DNA of 64,000 nt from Octopus vulgaris (GCA_951406725.2 OX597826.1:10044001-10108000), one strand, 5' to 3'. Numbered from the stretch's first letter, positions 25,860 to 38,941 are shown. Translations and numbers: made by a program. The notes: generated by a model from the sequence alone, not told the origin.

Positions 25860-26040
25860 ACATAAACACACATATACGACGGACTTCTTTCAGTTTCCGT
25901 CTACCAAATCCACTCACAAGGCTTTGGTCGGCCCAAGGCTATAGTAGAAGACACTTGCTCAAGGTGCCACGCAGTTGGACTGAACCTGGAACCATGTGGT
26001 TCGTAAGCAAGCTACTTACCACACAGCCACTCCTTGTGCC
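25860..26040 (-). mobile_element. SINE family B, 5' half
   Basis: Head begins 3 nt after the U6 oligo-T and ends at the internal microsatellite. Confidence 0.8.
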
Positions 26041-26043
26041 TAG

Positions 26044-26150
26044 AAAAATATGGAACGCTTCATGAATTTGCATGTCATCCTTGCGCTGTGGCCATGCTAA
26101 TATTCTCTGTATCATTCCAATTTTAGAATATGTACTGCCGTAGCTAGTAC
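26044..26150 (-). pseudogene. U6: U6 snRNA retro-pseudogene, full length (107 nt)
   Basis: Minus strand reads GTACTAGCTACGGCAGTACATATTCTAAAATTGGAATGATACAGAGAATATTAGCATGGCCACAGCGCAAGGATGACATGCAAATTCATGAAGCGTTCCATATTTTT. ACAGAGA box, AGC triad and oligo-T are present. Three CpG-type decays and internal stem-loop substitutions; upstream flank is a MITE, not a PSE/TATA promoter. Confidence 0.93.
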
Positions 26151-28109
26151 TCTTTAGCATTCAGATTTTGCTGTCAAATGTAATGCTTATTTATTATTAA
26201 TGCATTACCTTTGTAGCTTTGAGATTTCAATGACGTGATTATTTATTTTTAGAGTTAAGGCGGCAAGCTGGCAGAATCGTTAGTGTATTGGACGAAATGC
26301 TTAGTGGTATTTCATCTGCTGTTACGTTCTGAGTTCAAATTCCACCGAGATCAACTTTGCCTTTCATCCTTTTGGGGTCGATTAAATAAGTACCAGTTAT
26401 GCACTGGGGTCGATGTAATCGACTTAATCCGTTTGTCCTTGTTTGTCCCTTCTGTGTTTAGCCCCTTGTGGGTAGTAAAGAAATAGGTATTTCGTCTGCC
26501 GCTACGTTCCGAGTTCAAATTCCGCCGAGGTCGACTTAGCCTTTCATCCTTTCGGGGTCGATAAATTAAGTACCAGTTACACACTGGGGTCGATGTAATT
26601 GACTTAATCCGTTTGTCTGTCTCTTCTGTGTTTAGCCCCTTGTGGTTAGTAAAGAAATCATATATTTTTAGAGTTATATTGTAAGGTAAGTGTGAGAACT
26701 CAGATCTGTCTGGTTTGAAGATAAAATAGATTATTTTGTCTGGATATGGCTGGTTTAAATACAAAAGGGTTTAAATGTAATTGTCTGTATTTTATATAAC
26801 CAACATCACACTTGTATTTGATGGTATACTTAAGAAATAACTGAAATATTTATTGCAATTTTTGTTTACTACTCTGAGTTGTCTAGAATGAAATAGCCAG
26901 AACTATGGATTAGTCACCTGTGTGTAGGCGTGTGGTTATTAAGTCTTGACAACCATCTATGACCTTGGTTTAGTACACTTTTGTTCTTATTATTTGTGAC
27001 AAGTCAGTCTTGATTGAGTAATGACCTACCTTTTGATTAAAGGTGTTCCAGAGATATTCAGGCACGGTGTATCTAGAACTACAGTATTTCAAAAAGTTTT
27101 TCCCCTTATTTTGAAGTGCAATACAATGTGTATGATGGGAGATTTGACTGTTATTTCTAACAAATCGAAGAAACTATTCAATGTTCTTTTTCATTGACTC
27201 AAGGTGCTATCTTTGTCTCGAATGGAGCCAGGCCAACAAAGGTGTCTGTCTGTATGCAATTCCTTGAAATGACACAAACCAAATCTCCCTCAAATCAAAC
27301 CCTACTGTTCTTTGTTTTTGTTTTTTTTTAAAAAGAATATAATCGAAAATGTAATCCTTATATACAAAAAGATGGGACTGTGACATTTGTAACCCCTTTG
27401 ATCATCAAGCCATGACAGCAGATGTGTGAATTCTTGTAACTCTTCACCAAGCCATCTGCACATGCATTGAATTTAAAATGCTTGTACTCCAACCATGGAC
27501 TGTGATATATTTACATTATCGATACCAATACAAACCATCTGTGCTTTTTGGAAGGTATTATATAGTCTTTTGTAAGTTGATGATTCGATTGATTGTTACA
27601 CAGGAGTGGCTTAGTGGTTAGGGCATTCGGCTCACGATCGTAAGGTCGTGAGTTCAATTCCTGGTGATGTGTTGTTTCCTTGAGCAAGACATTTTATTTC
27701 ACGTTGCTCCAGTCCACTCAGCTGGCAAAAATGAGTAGTAACTGTATTTCAAAGGGTCCACCCTTGTCACACTCTGTGTTACACTGAATCTCCCTGAGAA
27801 CTACGTTGAGGGTACATGTGTCTGTGGAGTGCTCAGCCACTTTCACGTCAATTTCACAAGTAAGCTGTTCTGTTGATTGTATCAGCCGGGACCCTCGTCG
27901 TCGGAACCGACAGAGTGCTCCTCTCCCCTAAACACAGGAGTTCCACTGAGGTGCTCTCAGTAATGATGGATTTAATCATCAATTCTGAATGGCCACAACA
28001 TATATTTAACATATCTTTTTTTTACATCCTGATGTGTGTGTGTGTATGTGTATCATCATCATCAATATTTAACACCTGTTTTTATGCTGGCATGGGTTGG
28101 ACAGCTCCT

Positions 28110-28615
28110 TCTTACAGTATTCACCTGGGTAGGGTTGAACTGGCTTCATTTATCCTCAATGTTGCATCTCTCACAAACGCCGACCAGGCCTGGCAATTTG
28201 AGGCTAATGACCGCGTGATCTCCAACCACTCCTTATTCCAGCGACGAACGCTGTAGATATGGGGGCCTAGGTTGGGTTCCAGATCAGCCTTGACCATCAT
28301 CAGCCAGGTTTTTCATTGTCCACCACGATGCTTTCGCCAACCCTGAAGGGGAGCTGAGGCAATTGCCCCGTAGATGAATTCTCCTGGTTGACGATGGAGG
28401 GCATGACCCAGCCAACGCAGACGTTTCGTTAGGATGACTTGTCGGAGGGAGGTGATTCTGCACTGGTGTCGTAGACTCTGGTCAAGATCTGAGATCTGAC
28501 GCATTACCAAAGTACGGATCTACCAAGCACTAGTGCGAACGATTCTCCTCTACGGCAGCGAGTCATGGCCAATGAGGGTGGAAGATTTTAAGCGACTAGA
28601 ATCCTTCGATCACCT
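28110..28615 (-). mobile_element. RTE-clade LINE 3' fragment
   Basis: RLRWLGHALHRQP..GWRKHRGGQ. Its 3' ~170 bp recurs on the + strand at about 25523-25700. Confidence 0.7.
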
Positions 28616-29210
28616 CTGTTGGACAGCTTGACAGGAACTGTCAAGGCCAGGGGCTACACCAAGTTCCATAGTCTGTTTTGGCTTGGATTCTATGACTGGA
28701 TGCCCTTCCTAATATGAACCTCTCCAGAGAATGTACTGGGTGCTTTTTATGTGGCACCAGCACCAGTGCTTTAAATATGGCACCTTGATCTTAGGACCTC
28801 AATTCTGTTGTGGTGATTGGGTCTTCACAAGTACATCTATGGGCCACATAGATCAGTCCTCCATCATCTCCTTCATAAAGTTCTGTGTTTTGAGATTGGT
28901 CTTTAATACTTTGTCCCATGTCACAGTCCACCTATCATGGTTTATTATTTAAGCTTACATCAATTCCTCTGCGGTGTTGTTTTGCATTTATAATAAAATA
29001 AATATGTACAAATTATAAAAAGAATAAAAGAAAAATATACAGTACAATACTGTTTCTACTTTGTGGATTTTCACCTATTGCAGGGGTTTTTGGAACATAA
29101 CACTCATGATAGTCGAGGGAGTAATATATGTATATATAATAATAATATTAGGGAGTATAACTCCAAACTTACAGGGAAAAATTCAATTTAGTATTAAATC
29201 AAATTTCACA

Positions 29211-29502
29211 ATATAAATTGGAGAAAAAACCACTATTATGCAATTCAAACAATGATAGACATAAACCAAATCATAAATAATTATAAAATATATTTTTATA
29301 AAACATATAACTAGATCACAAAAAGTATAAAAATGAATAATTAATATATAATAAGTATATTATATATTGATTATTCATTTTTATACTTTTTGTGATCTAG
29401 TTATATGTTTTATAAAAATATATTTATTTTTTTATTTATGATTTGGTTTATGTCTATCATTGTTTGAATTACACAATAGTGGTTTTTTTCTCTAATTTAT
29501 AT
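29211..29502. repeat. AT-rich fold-back (~140 bp arms)
   Basis: Arms centred near 29355; element ends are shared with 38942-39212. Confidence 0.8.
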
Positions 29503-29544
29503 ATTATATATATATATATATATATAAACAGAGGTGCAGCACGG

Positions 29545-29602
29545 AATTTTGTCAGTGAACAGGTTGCAGTCTCAAAGCACCGAAAAAATATTTTGGCAAA
29601 TT
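29545..29602 (+). ncRNA. Hammerhead-like variant with G3-C8 core
   Basis: aattttgtca-GTGAACA-ggttgc-agtctcaaa-gcacc-GAAA-aaatattt-tggcaaatt. A related copy lies at 46802-46857 on the minus strand. Confidence 0.45.
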
Positions 29603-29735
29603 AAATTAAAATGAAGTGAATCTAACGGTTTGTGTGTGTTTCTTAAATGGCTTATAAACACCTTCCATGCTGCAATTGTTTTCGTTCCAGCACATGATCT
29701 CAGGTCAAGTCACTTGCTATGCAAGTACATCTCCG

Positions 29736-29777
<42 letters not shown>

Positions 29778-30529
29778 TAAATGTATGTTTATGCGTGTAG
29801 TATAAATATGCTTGCTTCCCAACCACATGGCTCTGGGCTCAGTCCTACAGCATGGCACCTTGGACTAGTGTCTTCTATAGCTGTGGACTGACCAAAGCCT
29901 TGTTGAATGTATTGATCTCAATACTTTTTTTTTTAATGCTGGTACTTACTTTATCAGTCTTCTTTGCTGAATTTCTAAGTTACGGGGACATAAACACACC
30001 AACACCACTTGTCAATCCGTGGTGGTGGTGTTGGTGAGGCGACAAACACAGACATAAAGACATACACACATAGATATATATGTATATATATATGACAGGC
30101 TTCTTTCAGTTTCCATCTATCAAATCCACTCAAGGCTTTGATCAGCCTGAAGCTATAGTAGAAACACTTGCTCAAGGTGACACGCTGTGGGTCTGAACCC
30201 TGAACCGTATATGTATTATTGTATGTGTGTAGTTGTGTTTATTACCCCCCTCCCCTCGTTTGACAACTGGTGTTGGTGTGTTTACGTCCCCGTAAACTAG
30301 CGGTTCAGCAAAAGAGATAGAATAAGTACCAGTTTAAAAAAAATAAAAGTACTCGAGTTTATTCATTCGACTAAAAATTCTTCATGACGGTGCCCCAGCA
30401 TGGCCGCAGTCAGCTGACTGAAAAAGCAAAAGATCAAAGATATGATGTATAGAAACATGTGTGTGTGTGTATATATATATATATATTGGCTAAACTGGCA
30501 AAATGACCGTTCCTAAGTGCAACAACATG

Positions 30530-30564
<35 letters not shown>

Positions 30565-30904
30565 ATACACGCATAGATATATGCATGTGTGTGTGTGTGT
30601 GTGTGTTGATATATCATTTTGCTTGATGCTGTTTAATCTCTTGCAGACGAGTGTCCCCCGTAATGTGTTGATGTAACATGCTTCAACTCGTCCAATCATT
30701 GGTACCGGGACACACATCTTTATAATTCTTTTCGTTGTTGTTGTTGTTGTTACCTCTCTCTTTCTCTCTCTTTGTCTCTTTTGTTTTACTTCATGATTTC
30801 TGAATTCTTGTTGTCTTTGTGTTCGGCAGAATCATCCAACCTTTCTTTTTCTTCTTTTTTTTTTTTTGTGGCTTTCGTTGCTCGTATGACTTCAGGTAAT
30901 TAAT

Positions 30905-31274
30905 CACACTCACATACACATGTAAACAGGTACATACATACATACACACACACACATACATACATACATGCATACATACATACATAATACATACATGCAT
31001 ACATACACATACATACATAATACATACATACATACATACATACGCACATACATAATACATACATACGCACACACACATACATACATACGCACATACATAA
31101 TACATACATAATGCATACATACATACATACATGCATACGTACATACATGCATACATACATACATACACACACATACATAATGCATAATACATACATACAT
31201 ACATACATTATACATACATACATACATACATTATACATACATACATACATACATACATTACATACATACATACA

Positions 31275-31305
<31 letters not shown>

Positions 31306-31545
31306 ATACATACACGTGTAAACATGTACGTGCGCGCACACACACACACACGATTCGCTCGCATTCTTTTGAAGTCCTTCCATACCAGTGAATACGTTAT
31401 TCAACTCTCTCTCTCTCATCTTTCTCCCCCTCTCTCTCTCATCTTTCTCTCTCTCTCTCTATCAACTTTCTCCCTCTCTCTCTCTATCAGAGTCACTCAC
31501 GCGCAAGCACATGCACGCACACACACGCACGCACACACACACGCA
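30905..31545. repeat. Compound microsatellite (CATA)n, (CT)n, (CA)n
   Basis: Seen directly; lies immediately upstream of the CpG-rich segment at 31.5 kb. Confidence 0.9.
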
Positions 31546-31549
31546 CCGC

Positions 31550-31975
31550 ATTCACTCAGAAGTAAAAGAAAGAAAAAAATCGAACGTTCGGCAATCTTTC
31601 TCGGCCGATCAAGGGCAGAGTGGGTGATGTCCATCCAACTCGCTGCGCCGTAAATTATTTTCTTTTCTCCGATATCGTTTGACACTTTCGGTCTCAACTT
31701 TCAGCCGGGCTAAAATATTCAACCTCGGGGCAAGGAAACTCGATACCAATCCGACAGTTATTGATTTTGCAGTTCAGCAACAACCACTCAGGTTTATGAT
31801 GGATAGTTCAAATAGGATACTGTCGTGTTTTATGCCTATCTTGATGGGGGCATTATCGACTTAAAGTAACCTGATATGGCTTCAACAAGGAATCGAAACC
31901 GTGTACCGACGAACTGTGTTCGCCGGGAACGTAGATCTTTACTCTGCAGCACTTGTTGCTCTTTATGGCGTATGT
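31550..31975 (+). promoter_or_regulatory. Candidate TSS and 5' exon
   Basis: CpG-retaining unique sequence ending at a possible donor GTATGT at 31970; short upstream ORFs. Confidence 0.4.
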
Positions 31976-33071
31976 ACCTTAAATTTTATTTCATTGCTTT
32001 AATCGTTTTATCCAAGGGTCATAAAAAAAGTACTAATATAAACGAGCGAAATCTTTATAGATAATGGTTAGTTGTTGTCTATATTTTAATTCATTACCCG
32101 TGGGAGTCGTAATTAATTTCACTCGGGGGCACTCAATATTCGATGTAGATCACATAGAAATTAAAAAAAAAAAGAAAAAGAAAAACAGCAACAAAGTTAA
32201 TTGTGAAAAGAAAAAAAAATCGAAATGATAAAAGCAATATTATTGTTTTCTTTCATGATTATCGTAATTTTGATTAGAATTTCTTTTTTCAATTATGTAA
32301 GAAGTTGACCTTTGTAGATCTTGGATCTCTGCCAAAATTTCATGTTGGATACCATTATAGTAATCTAACTAACCATAAATAAAAGCTACAGCTAACATTC
32401 CAACGCATTAAGGGCTTAGCTCTTTTCAGTAAGTTTTCTTTTAAATTCTTTTATTATTATTATTATTATTGCTTTCGATTGATATTATTAATCATCTGCG
32501 CTGTGTCTTTGCACTGTGAGTACCCTTTTCTTATAACTGTCTCTTCTACCCTTTTCAGTTGTATGAAATCTCTTAATAATATCGATTTCTTTGCAACTAG
32601 TCACGAAGCCATTTCTCAGGGTAACAAACAATGCAAGTCAACTTAAATCGATACTCCCGTGTGATTTAATCTGTTAATGTTAACTGTTCAATTTAATGCC
32701 AAACTTTTTGTGCTCGCATTAATCAGTCACAGTATATTTACTGACATTTCCACTGAGAAATTTCGATACAAATACTTTATTATCGAGTTTATTGTCGAGT
32801 AACTCTATCCTGTGCTGTTCGAACGGGTCTATGATACCCTGATAGATAATCGAACACCGAAAAGGAAATTGCTTGGTGTTGAGATTCTCACGCTGACAAA
32901 TATCAGCACACCCTTAAAAAAGGGGGTAGTTTTTGACGCCCCCCTTTATTAACCAGTGAGGTATGATGGAGATGGTCGGCCTAAGCAACGCTTTTACTGG
33001 GTCGGTACTTTCGGGTTTGCTGTATAAGTCTGTATATGTTTGGAGATCTGTCGAGGGGAGACTCAAAGGTT

Positions 33072-33480
33072 GGATCTTTTCGGCAGTTTTTAACGTAATT
33101 TCCACGTAACTAAACACTTTTAAACTTCGTATACTGGTAGAATGTGTTTATAAAACATCTTTTTCTCTTGGCTTTATTGAGAAAATTTCTATAGTTTGTA
33201 AGATATTTGTTGTTTTTTTTCTTCAATTTCTGCAATTTCAACCAATCAATGACGTCTGTTGAGGTAAAAAAACATTCTGTGCCGTATGAATATGTTCCTC
33301 GTTTAAGAAACAGATTGGGTTTATTTACATTTGTGAAGAAAAAAAAGATATCCTTCCCCCACCCCTAACCCTAACCCTAAATCAGATTGAAATGCAATAG
33401 ATCGATACTAGGGTCATAATTATGGGTGACAATTTCATATGACACCGCTAGAAGAATTGCCGTTCAAACCGAAAAGATCC
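33072..33480. mobile_element. MITE with 12 bp TIR and 8 bp TSD (Merlin-like) containing (CCCTAA)3
   Basis: TIR GGATCTTTTCGG / CCGAAAAGATCC; TSD CAAAGGTT at 33064-33071 and 33481-33488. Confidence 0.8.
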
Positions 33481-34706
33481 CAAAGGTTGGGCCGGGCGGC
33501 ACTCGTTCTAGGTACACACCCCTGCCCTTTATAAAAGAGAATATAAAATCGAATTTGCATCCATATAATTCTTTCTTTGTCGTGGTATTGATAAGTTTAT
33601 CTTAACCCTATCAAACATAGCAATTTGTCTGCCTTCTTTTGAATTATCGTGGGGCTTTCCCATCCCATATGTGAAACAGTGGTTTAGTGGATGTGGTATT
33701 AAATTTTCAGTTCAAAGATTTTGAGTTCAAATCCGCTCCAAACATTTCATTGTGTATTTAAGTGGTACATTTAATTCTACTTCGTCTCAGTTCATCCAGC
33801 CGTTGAGAATAGATACCATCGGAATGTTACATGAGATAGACTGGCATTTTATCTAGGGTAGGATTATAATTTTTGTCTACTTAAATACGCAATGACAAGG
33901 TGAAGCAAAAGCCCCTAAAAACTAGTTTAGGTTTTAAAAGTATTTACATTTTTAATGAAAGACTTTGGTGTTACTCATAGCTGCAGCATAAATTGTAAGA
34001 CATGCTACAAGCTGCGCCCTGTGCACCTTGTCATATGTTCAACCAAATGCGGTTACCGGTTTTGAATAATGAAAGAATTCTGTTTTAAATTCTTAGCCTT
34101 AAAAATGGCAACTGATAGAGGCTGTTATTTGAATTGGTTTTCAAATAGTCCCTCATTTCTATATTGTAATCTTTAGTTTTGATGAAATATTTACAGCATA
34201 AGGTTGCGTAGTGTTAATTTATTTCAGTTTCTGTATTGAGTTTTTTTTTTGTAGGATACACTAGTTCTAGGATGTTTGAAAATGCATTGGGTTATTGGGG
34301 CATCACTGAAGATTTCATTTTTAATTTGTGGATCTGGAATGGGCATGGGCAACATTTTTTGAGGGGGATGCATATGACATGACTCATCAAGAGTAGAGCT
34401 GCACTACTAAAAGATTCAGCATAATTTTGCATTAGGCATACCATTTGGGAAATCTTGTGGGCTGCAGATTGTCCACAACAGGTCCAGAGCATGTTAGACT
34501 AGTCTGGTGGAGCCCTTTCCATCTCTAAGCTACTTTCCTAGTGTGATTTGAACTTGGCATGGCAGGTTAACACAACTTTAGTTAATTATGCAGTGTTGCT
34601 GCTGCTGCTGCTAACAGCAGTGAGTTATTCCACGTATATACAGCCACATGGACTGAGCTGTATCAGTTAATTGTTCTGACCATGGACACAAAACAGAGGC
34701 AGAAGT

Positions 34707-35891
34707 CATCATCATCGTCATCGTTTAAGTCTGCTTTCCATGCTGGCATGGATTGGATGGTTTGCATGAGGACTTGCAAGCCAGGAGGCTGCACCAGGCT
34801 CTGATCTGATCTGGCAAAGTTTCTACAGCTGGATGCTCTTCCTAATGCCAACCACTCTGAGAGTGTAGTTGGTGCTTTTTACATTCCACTGGCATGGGGG
34901 CCAGTTAGGCGGCACTGGCATCAACCATGTTCGAATGGTGTTTTTTATGTGCCACCGGCACGGGAGTCAGTCAAGTGGCACTGGTACCGACCATACTCAA
35001 GTGGTGCTTCTTATGTGCCAGTCAGGCAGCTCTGGCATTGGCCACAACTACGATTTCACTTGACTCAGTTGGTCTTTTCAAGCATAGCATATTGCTCAAT
35101 GATTGAAGGATATTTTTAAACGGGCCAGTTATGTGACACTGGCATTGGCCACGGCTATGATTTCACTTGGCTTACCAGGTCTTCTCAAGCACAGCATATC
35201 TCCAAAGGTCTTGGTCGCTTGTCATTGCCTCTGTGAAGCCCAGCGTTCAAAGGTCATACTTCACCATCTCATCCCATGTCTTCCTGGGTTTACCTCTTTC
35301 ACACGTTCCCTCCACTGTTAGGGTGTGACACTTCTTCACACAGCTTTCTTCATCCATATGCAACACATGACCATACCAGAGCAGCTGGCTCTCTTGCACA
35401 CCACAACTGATACTTCTTATGTCCAACTTTTCTCTCAGGACACTTACATTCTGTCATGTATGTACACTGATATTACACATCCAGCAAAGCATACTAGCTT
35501 CATTTCTTTCAAGCCTATGCATGTCCTTAGCAGTCACAGCTTATGTTTCACTACAGTGTAGCATGTCTGTTCGCACACATGCATCATACAGTCTACTTTT
35601 CACTCTGAGGGAGGGGCCCTTTGACACTAGCAGAGGTAGGAGCTCTCTGAATTTTGCTCAGACTATTCTTATTCTAGCAGTTATGTTCCCAGAGCATCCA
35701 CTCCCGTTACTGACTTGGTCACCTAGGTAACAGAAGCTATCTACTGTTTCTAGTTTTTCCCCCTGGTATGTGATGGGAACTGTTTTCTGTACATCTTCGG
35801 TGTTTATTGCCCCTGTGCATCTGCCACACACAAAAACTATCTTCCCAGTTAACCTTCCTTTGATATTGCTGCATCTCTTACGAACCACCAA
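34707..35891 (-). mobile_element. 5'-truncated RTE-clade LINE
   Basis: KRCSNIKGRL..FVCGRC..LETVDSFCYLGD..ITARIR RT segment, repeat-rich 3' UTR and (GAT)n tail. Confidence 0.8.
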
Positions 35892-36090
35892 ATCACCTGC
35901 TCAACTCTGCTGTTACTGTCTACATCTCTGGATTTAGTTTTAGGAGATTTATATAAGTTTCTAGCATCAGGAGAAGGTAAAAAATTTTAGGAGACAGGAA
36001 AGTTGATTAAATCTGTTTTAGTTCTTGTTAGGTATTTATTTCATTTACTTGCAGGAGAATGAGAGACAGTCAGCCTTGGAGGGATTTTAA

Positions 36091-36292
36091 ACCTTTAGCA
36101 TTTAAACTGGCCATATCTGGCCTAAATAATTTCTCTTGTATGCTCAAACCAGCCAGATGTGGCTTCTCACACCTGCCCTACATTGTCATTCTAAAAATAT
36201 ATACAATCACATCATCAAAATCTCATGATTAATTCAAAGCAATGTGAATAAATTGGCGTTACATTTGACAGGCTAATCTGAATGCTAAAGGG
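36091..36292. mobile_element. piggyBac-like MITE
   Basis: TTAA-acctttagcatt ... aatgctaaaggg-TTAA. Related copies at about 4883-5335, 20350-20566, 26151-26772 and 51038-51771. Confidence 0.7.
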
Positions 36293-36378
36293 TTAAACCA
36301 ATGTGGCTAGATCTGACAAGATAATCTTATCCAACTTTTAACTGATTCTGTCTTTATATTGGTTGTATACTGTCAACT

Positions 36379-36582
36379 TAATGTGACAGTCCTGTAAGGG
36401 AATTACACCACCGCTGTTTAGCCCTAGGAAGCATTGACGCTTCCTGTCGGCCTTGACACATTTCCTGTGTCCTTCGTATATTTACGAAGGACACAGGAAA
36501 TGTGTCAAGGCCGACAGGAAGCGTCGATGCTTCCTAGGGCTAAACAGCGGTGGTGTAATTCCCTTACAGGACTGTCATGTTA
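36379..36582. repeat. Near-perfect palindrome / fold-back MITE
   Basis: Arms 36384-36478 and 36483-36577 (95 bp, 1 mismatch), 4 nt loop, TA at both outer ends. Confidence 0.85.
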
Positions 36583-37061
36583 CGTATACAACCACTCTAT
36601 CGCTCCACCACCGTACATACCTCTATGAGATATTTAGAAATTTAATATTTCTGATGTCTTTATATTGTAATTTAGAAGTATATTGACATACTAGGAGCCT
36701 CTGTGTAGTCACTTGATCTGGTAAACGTAGCAGCTAAGTTCCCTGAATACACCCTGCTGTCTCAAGAAAAAAGGAAAGGCATATTGGATGATATAGTCTC
36801 TGATATACAAAACGATAGGGTGGTTATGGTTGGAGTGCTTTTCTATGATAGTGATGCTTGTTTACAACTACTGCATAATGTCAATAGGCACAAACATATG
36901 CATGTGTACACACATATGATGGGCTTCTTTTAGTTTCCATCTACCTGTGCTATAGTAGAAGACACTTGTCCAAGGTGCCACGCAGTGAGACTGAACCCAG
37001 AAGCATGTGGTTGGGAAGCAAACTTCTTACAACACAGCTATGCCTGTGCCCACACAAACAC

Positions 37062-37114
<53 letters not shown>

Positions 37115-37147
37115 ATCAAAATAAGCAACAAGAATGACTCTGGTAAT

Positions 37148-37233
37148 TTGGTACGATCGTTTCGTACTACATCATTTTATTAAATGTTGTAAGTATTACA
37201 ACAGATTTAAGATGCTGAGTACTCATCAGCCAA
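37148..37233 (-). ncRNA. Minimal hammerhead ribozyme, second copy of the 15308 family
   Basis: Core and stems are identical to 15308-15384; differences fall in the stem II loop. Lies in a ~240 bp copy (37112-37350) directly after a (TA)n run. Confidence 0.8.
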
Positions 37234-38179
37234 TTATAGAGGTTTTCCATTAATACAAAAATTTTCAAATCAAGTGGCAACATTATAGAGAAGGTAGATA
37301 TACAGATAAAGATGTGGATTTAAATTTTAAGAACATAGGAGGTAGTGAAGTCCTTCCATATGTATGTATGTATCATTGAACACTAAACCCTGCTTGCGAA
37401 GACCTGTTGAGGCAAGTGAAATCAAAATCAAATTCAATAACTTGCATCTGTGCTAGTGGAGCGCTAAGAGCACCAACCGAGCATGATTGTTGCCAGAGCA
37501 GCTGACTGACTTCCGTGCCAGTGGGACGTAAAAAGCACCATTCAAGCGTGATCATTACCAGCATCGCCTTACTGGCACTTGTGCAGGTGGCATGTGAAAA
37601 AAACATTTGAGCGGGGTCGTTGCCAGTGCCACTGAACTAGCTCCTGTGCAGGTGGCACGTAAAACACCATTTGAGCATGGCTGTTGCCAGTACCGCCTGA
37701 CTGACCCTCGAGCCGGCGGCACGTAAAAAACACCCACTACACTCTCAGAGTGGTTGGCATTAGGAAGGGCATCCAGCTGCACGTAAAAAACACCCACTAC
37801 ACTCTCAGAGTGGTTGGCATTAGGAAGGGCATCCAGCTGTAGAAACACTGCCAGATCAGACTGGAATCTGGTGTTGCCCCTCAGCTTACCAGCCCTGGTC
37901 AAACCATCCAACCCCTGCCAACATGAACAACAGATGAGGATGATGATGATGATATATCATCATCATCGTTTAATCGTCCAACCCATGCCAGCATGGAAAG
38001 CGGATGTTAAACGATGATGACGATGATGTAGTTTTATTGATTTTAGTCTTTGAACTGCAGTCATATTGGGGTTCTGTCTTCAAGCATTTACTTGATTTCT
38101 ACTACTCATTCCAGTCACCTACTTATTTTATCAATTAGTATGTGTGTGTTTGTGTGTGTACCATTTAGTGATACTTGTT

Positions 38180-38222
<43 letters not shown>

Positions 38223-38303
38223 AGAATAACAAAGTAGTCAAAATGTTGGATGATTATATAGATTTTTATTTACATTTTTACCACTTTGCATATATATGTA
38301 TGT

Positions 38304-38346
<43 letters not shown>

Positions 38347-38910
38347 TAAATATGTGTTTGTGTGTTTATATATATAAATGTGTGTGTGTGTGTACATATG
38401 TATACATTTTTGGGATTAGATTGACTATGTTCAGTCCACAGCAGGATGAAGGTCTCAGCATGATCTCCACTGAGATTATACTGGTTTGATGAGCCAACTC
38501 TGTCACACTGGCTTGACATGGAGATGTAGTTTTTACATTCTTTGTGAGGAGTAGTTAAGTTGATTATATTACCTCTGCAAAGTCAACCTCAGTGGAATTT
38601 GAACTCAGAACGTAAAGATAGACTAAATACCGCTAAATATTTTGCCCAGTGTGTTAAAGATTTTACCAGCTCACTTATTCTTTTATTTTTTTACCTGTTT
38701 CAATCATTCATCTGTGGCCATGCTGGAGCACGGCCTTGAAGGGTTTTCGTCGAACAAATTGACCCTGGGACTTATTATTTCTTTTTAAGCTTAGTACTTA
38801 TTCCATTGGTCTCTTATGCTGATCTGCTAAGTTACAGGGACATAAACACAACAACACTGGTTGTCAAGTGGTGATGGGGGTATAAACACAAACACCCCCA
38901 CACAGATATT

Positions 38911-38941
<31 letters not shown>

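Noticed and set aside
26044-26150. Functional U6 gene
   Set aside because: CpG decay, internal stem-loop substitutions and no upstream PSE/TATA.
30791-31653. Long ORFs rich in Y/I/H/T/C/V/M here and throughout the track
   Set aside because: Translations of (TA)n, (CA)n and (CATA)n microsatellites.
31876-32064. ORF MASTRNRNR...CCSLW as the STIL N-terminus
   Set aside because: Its donor is phase 1 while exon A needs phase 2, and the LW motif is already supplied by exon A.
33363-33380. Chromosome end or fusion scar
   Set aside because: Only three units, located inside a TIR/TSD-bounded element.
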